A stretch of 49,412 bases of DNA from NCBI GenBank assembly GCA_043728195.1, contig JAYTMU010000004.1:1-49412 (forward strand), read 5' to 3'. This DNA is from Bdellovibrionales bacterium (lineage in GTDB: Bacteria; Bdellovibrionota; Bdellovibrionia; Bdellovibrionales; Bdellovibrionaceae). Positions 48,197 through 49,412 of this stretch are shown here, piece by piece. Every line of letters begins with the position of its first letter. Positions within the stretch are counted from its first letter, which is position 1. The notes under the pieces are model-generated. The model saw only the letters and a program-made list of their open reading frames with translations, searched no databases and was not told where the DNA came from. Made by a program: the position numbers and the translations under genes.

Positions 48197-49012
48197 TTAT
48201 TTCTGACACTGACTGCACCAGAACGTTGAACGTCCGCCAAAATTTTTCATCTTAATTTTTTCTTTGCAGATAATGCATTGGTCATCAGCGCGGTCATAGA
48301 CTGCAAACTGCTTTTGAAAATTTCCGCTTTCGCCGTAGCCATTCCTAAAATCTTGTATGGACGATCCGCCGGCAGCAATTGCTTCATTTAAGACTTCCCG
48401 CACCTGTTTCCATAACTCATTGTATTCGCGCACGGTTACACGATTTGCTTTTCTTCCAGGCTTAATCCCCGCACGAAATAGCGCTTCGCTTGCGTAAATG
48501 TTACCTACTCCAACTAAATACTTTTGATTCATTAGACAAACTTTAATTTCGGTTTTCAGATTTTTAAATTGGGCGGTTATCGCATCCCAATTTGTTTGTG
48601 GATGTAAGGGCTCTGGACCAAATTTTTCAAATCGCTGGCACATCTCTGCAGCCGTGTACAAATTGAATTCGCCGAATCTTCTGGGATCATTGTAAACTAA
48701 GGCTCGGTCGTCGCTTAAGCTTAACGAAATATGGTCGTGCTTACGCCGCACCCAACCATTTTTTTCCAGGCGCCATGATCCCGTCATTCCCAAGTGGCTA
48801 ACAATATTGGCGTCAGCAAATTCGAAGACGATAAACTTTGCCCGGCGGTAAAGTCGTACCAGTTTACTGCCGCTCATTTTTTGTAAAGCTTTGATAGGGA
48901 TGCGATTTCGCAAATCTTTTCGGTAAAATTCGAACGCTATTATACGTGCCGGAAGATTTATGATTTTTTGCAAATTGCGGGTCGTGACTTCAACCTCGGG
49001 TAGTTCTGGCAT
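48197..49012 (-). CDS. mutM: Formamidopyrimidine-DNA glycosylase
   Basis: MPELPEVE, RRAK, HLGMTG, DPRRFG, GVGNIYASE, C-terminal zinc finger. Confidence 0.97.
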   Translation of the reverse strand: MPELPEVEVTTRNLQKIINLPARIIAFEFYRKDLRNRIPIKALQKMSGSKLVRLYRRAKFIVFEFADANIVSHLGMTGSWRLEKNGWVRRKHDHISLSLSDDRALVYNDPRRFGEFNLYTAAEMCQRFEKFGPEPLHPQTNWDAITAQFKNLKTEIKVCLMNQKYLVGVGNIYASEALFRAGIKPGRKANRVTVREYNELWKQVREVLNEAIAAGGSSIQDFRNGYGESGNFQKQFAVYDRADDQCIICKEKIKMKNFGGRSTFWCSQCQK

Positions 49013-49179
49013 TTGGCACTTATCCTATTGAAATCATTATACATTTTTTTTGGAAAAAGTCCATATCACCCCATATCACCCTATTTTGCATTTTTTCACT
49101 CATTTTAGCCCCCTTTTACTCTTCTAAATTGAAACCAGCACTTTAAGCAGGTTCTAGCGCAGTTCAAAAAAACAATTTA

Positions 49180-49410
49180 TAACCACTGTGGTTACTCGGT
49201 TGAATTTGCAACGGCTGTGGTTGTGGATAAATATTTATATCATCTTCCGCTAGAGCGTCAGTGTCGTGAGATGAAAAGTCTTGATTTGTTAAACATGAGC
49301 ACACAAGTTTTATATAGAGCGAGTTCGGCGATTTAAAAGTTAAATTTTGCAGGTTATCCACAATATTTTACTGTTTTAATGGAAATAATTTATTTTTCTG
49401 TGGATAAGTT
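49180..49410. promoter_or_regulatory. DnaA-box cluster
   Basis: Perfect TTATCCACA boxes at 49222-49230 (-), 49354-49362 (+), 49399-49407 (-) in AT-rich non-coding DNA. Confidence 0.75.
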
Positions 49411-49412
49411 CA

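Noticed and set aside
49164-49361. 65-aa minus-strand ORF
   Set aside because: Starts within a DnaA box, no RBS or recognisable motif; region looks non-coding

Overview
AT-rich bacterial chromosomal window. Gene content (VC0807-like protein, lipoprotein opp operon, many orphan secreted proteins) suggests Bdellovibrionota, which is an inference. Bases 1-38.8 kb are mostly housekeeping: rny (partial), fadE, sohB, oppDFABC, tatA, greA, a DHH phosphoesterase, a decayed photolyase, a UbiB/ABC1 kinase, a Na/Pi cotransporter, and a queA-methyltransferase-tgt-yajC-secD-secF-recJ-queC-DUF366 cluster. About 38.9-47.1 kb is accessory: secreted orphans with sigma54-like promoters, intact and broken toxin-antitoxin modules between 142-bp direct repeats, an MFS gene and a probable recombinase remnant running into tRNA-Leu(GAG). 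The window ends with an XRE regulator, mutM and three perfect DnaA boxes. The most notable unexplained signals are (i) four copies of a ~75-bp REP-like unit, in inverted pairs between convergent genes, with compensatory hairpin changes and a conserved CANGGANGGA motif; (ii) a GGA-loop hairpin cluster (CsrB/RsmZ-like) just upstream of an unannotated 34-aa membrane ORF; (iii) a variant QueC coupled to DUF366. All family calls come from motif recognition by eye; no searches were run.
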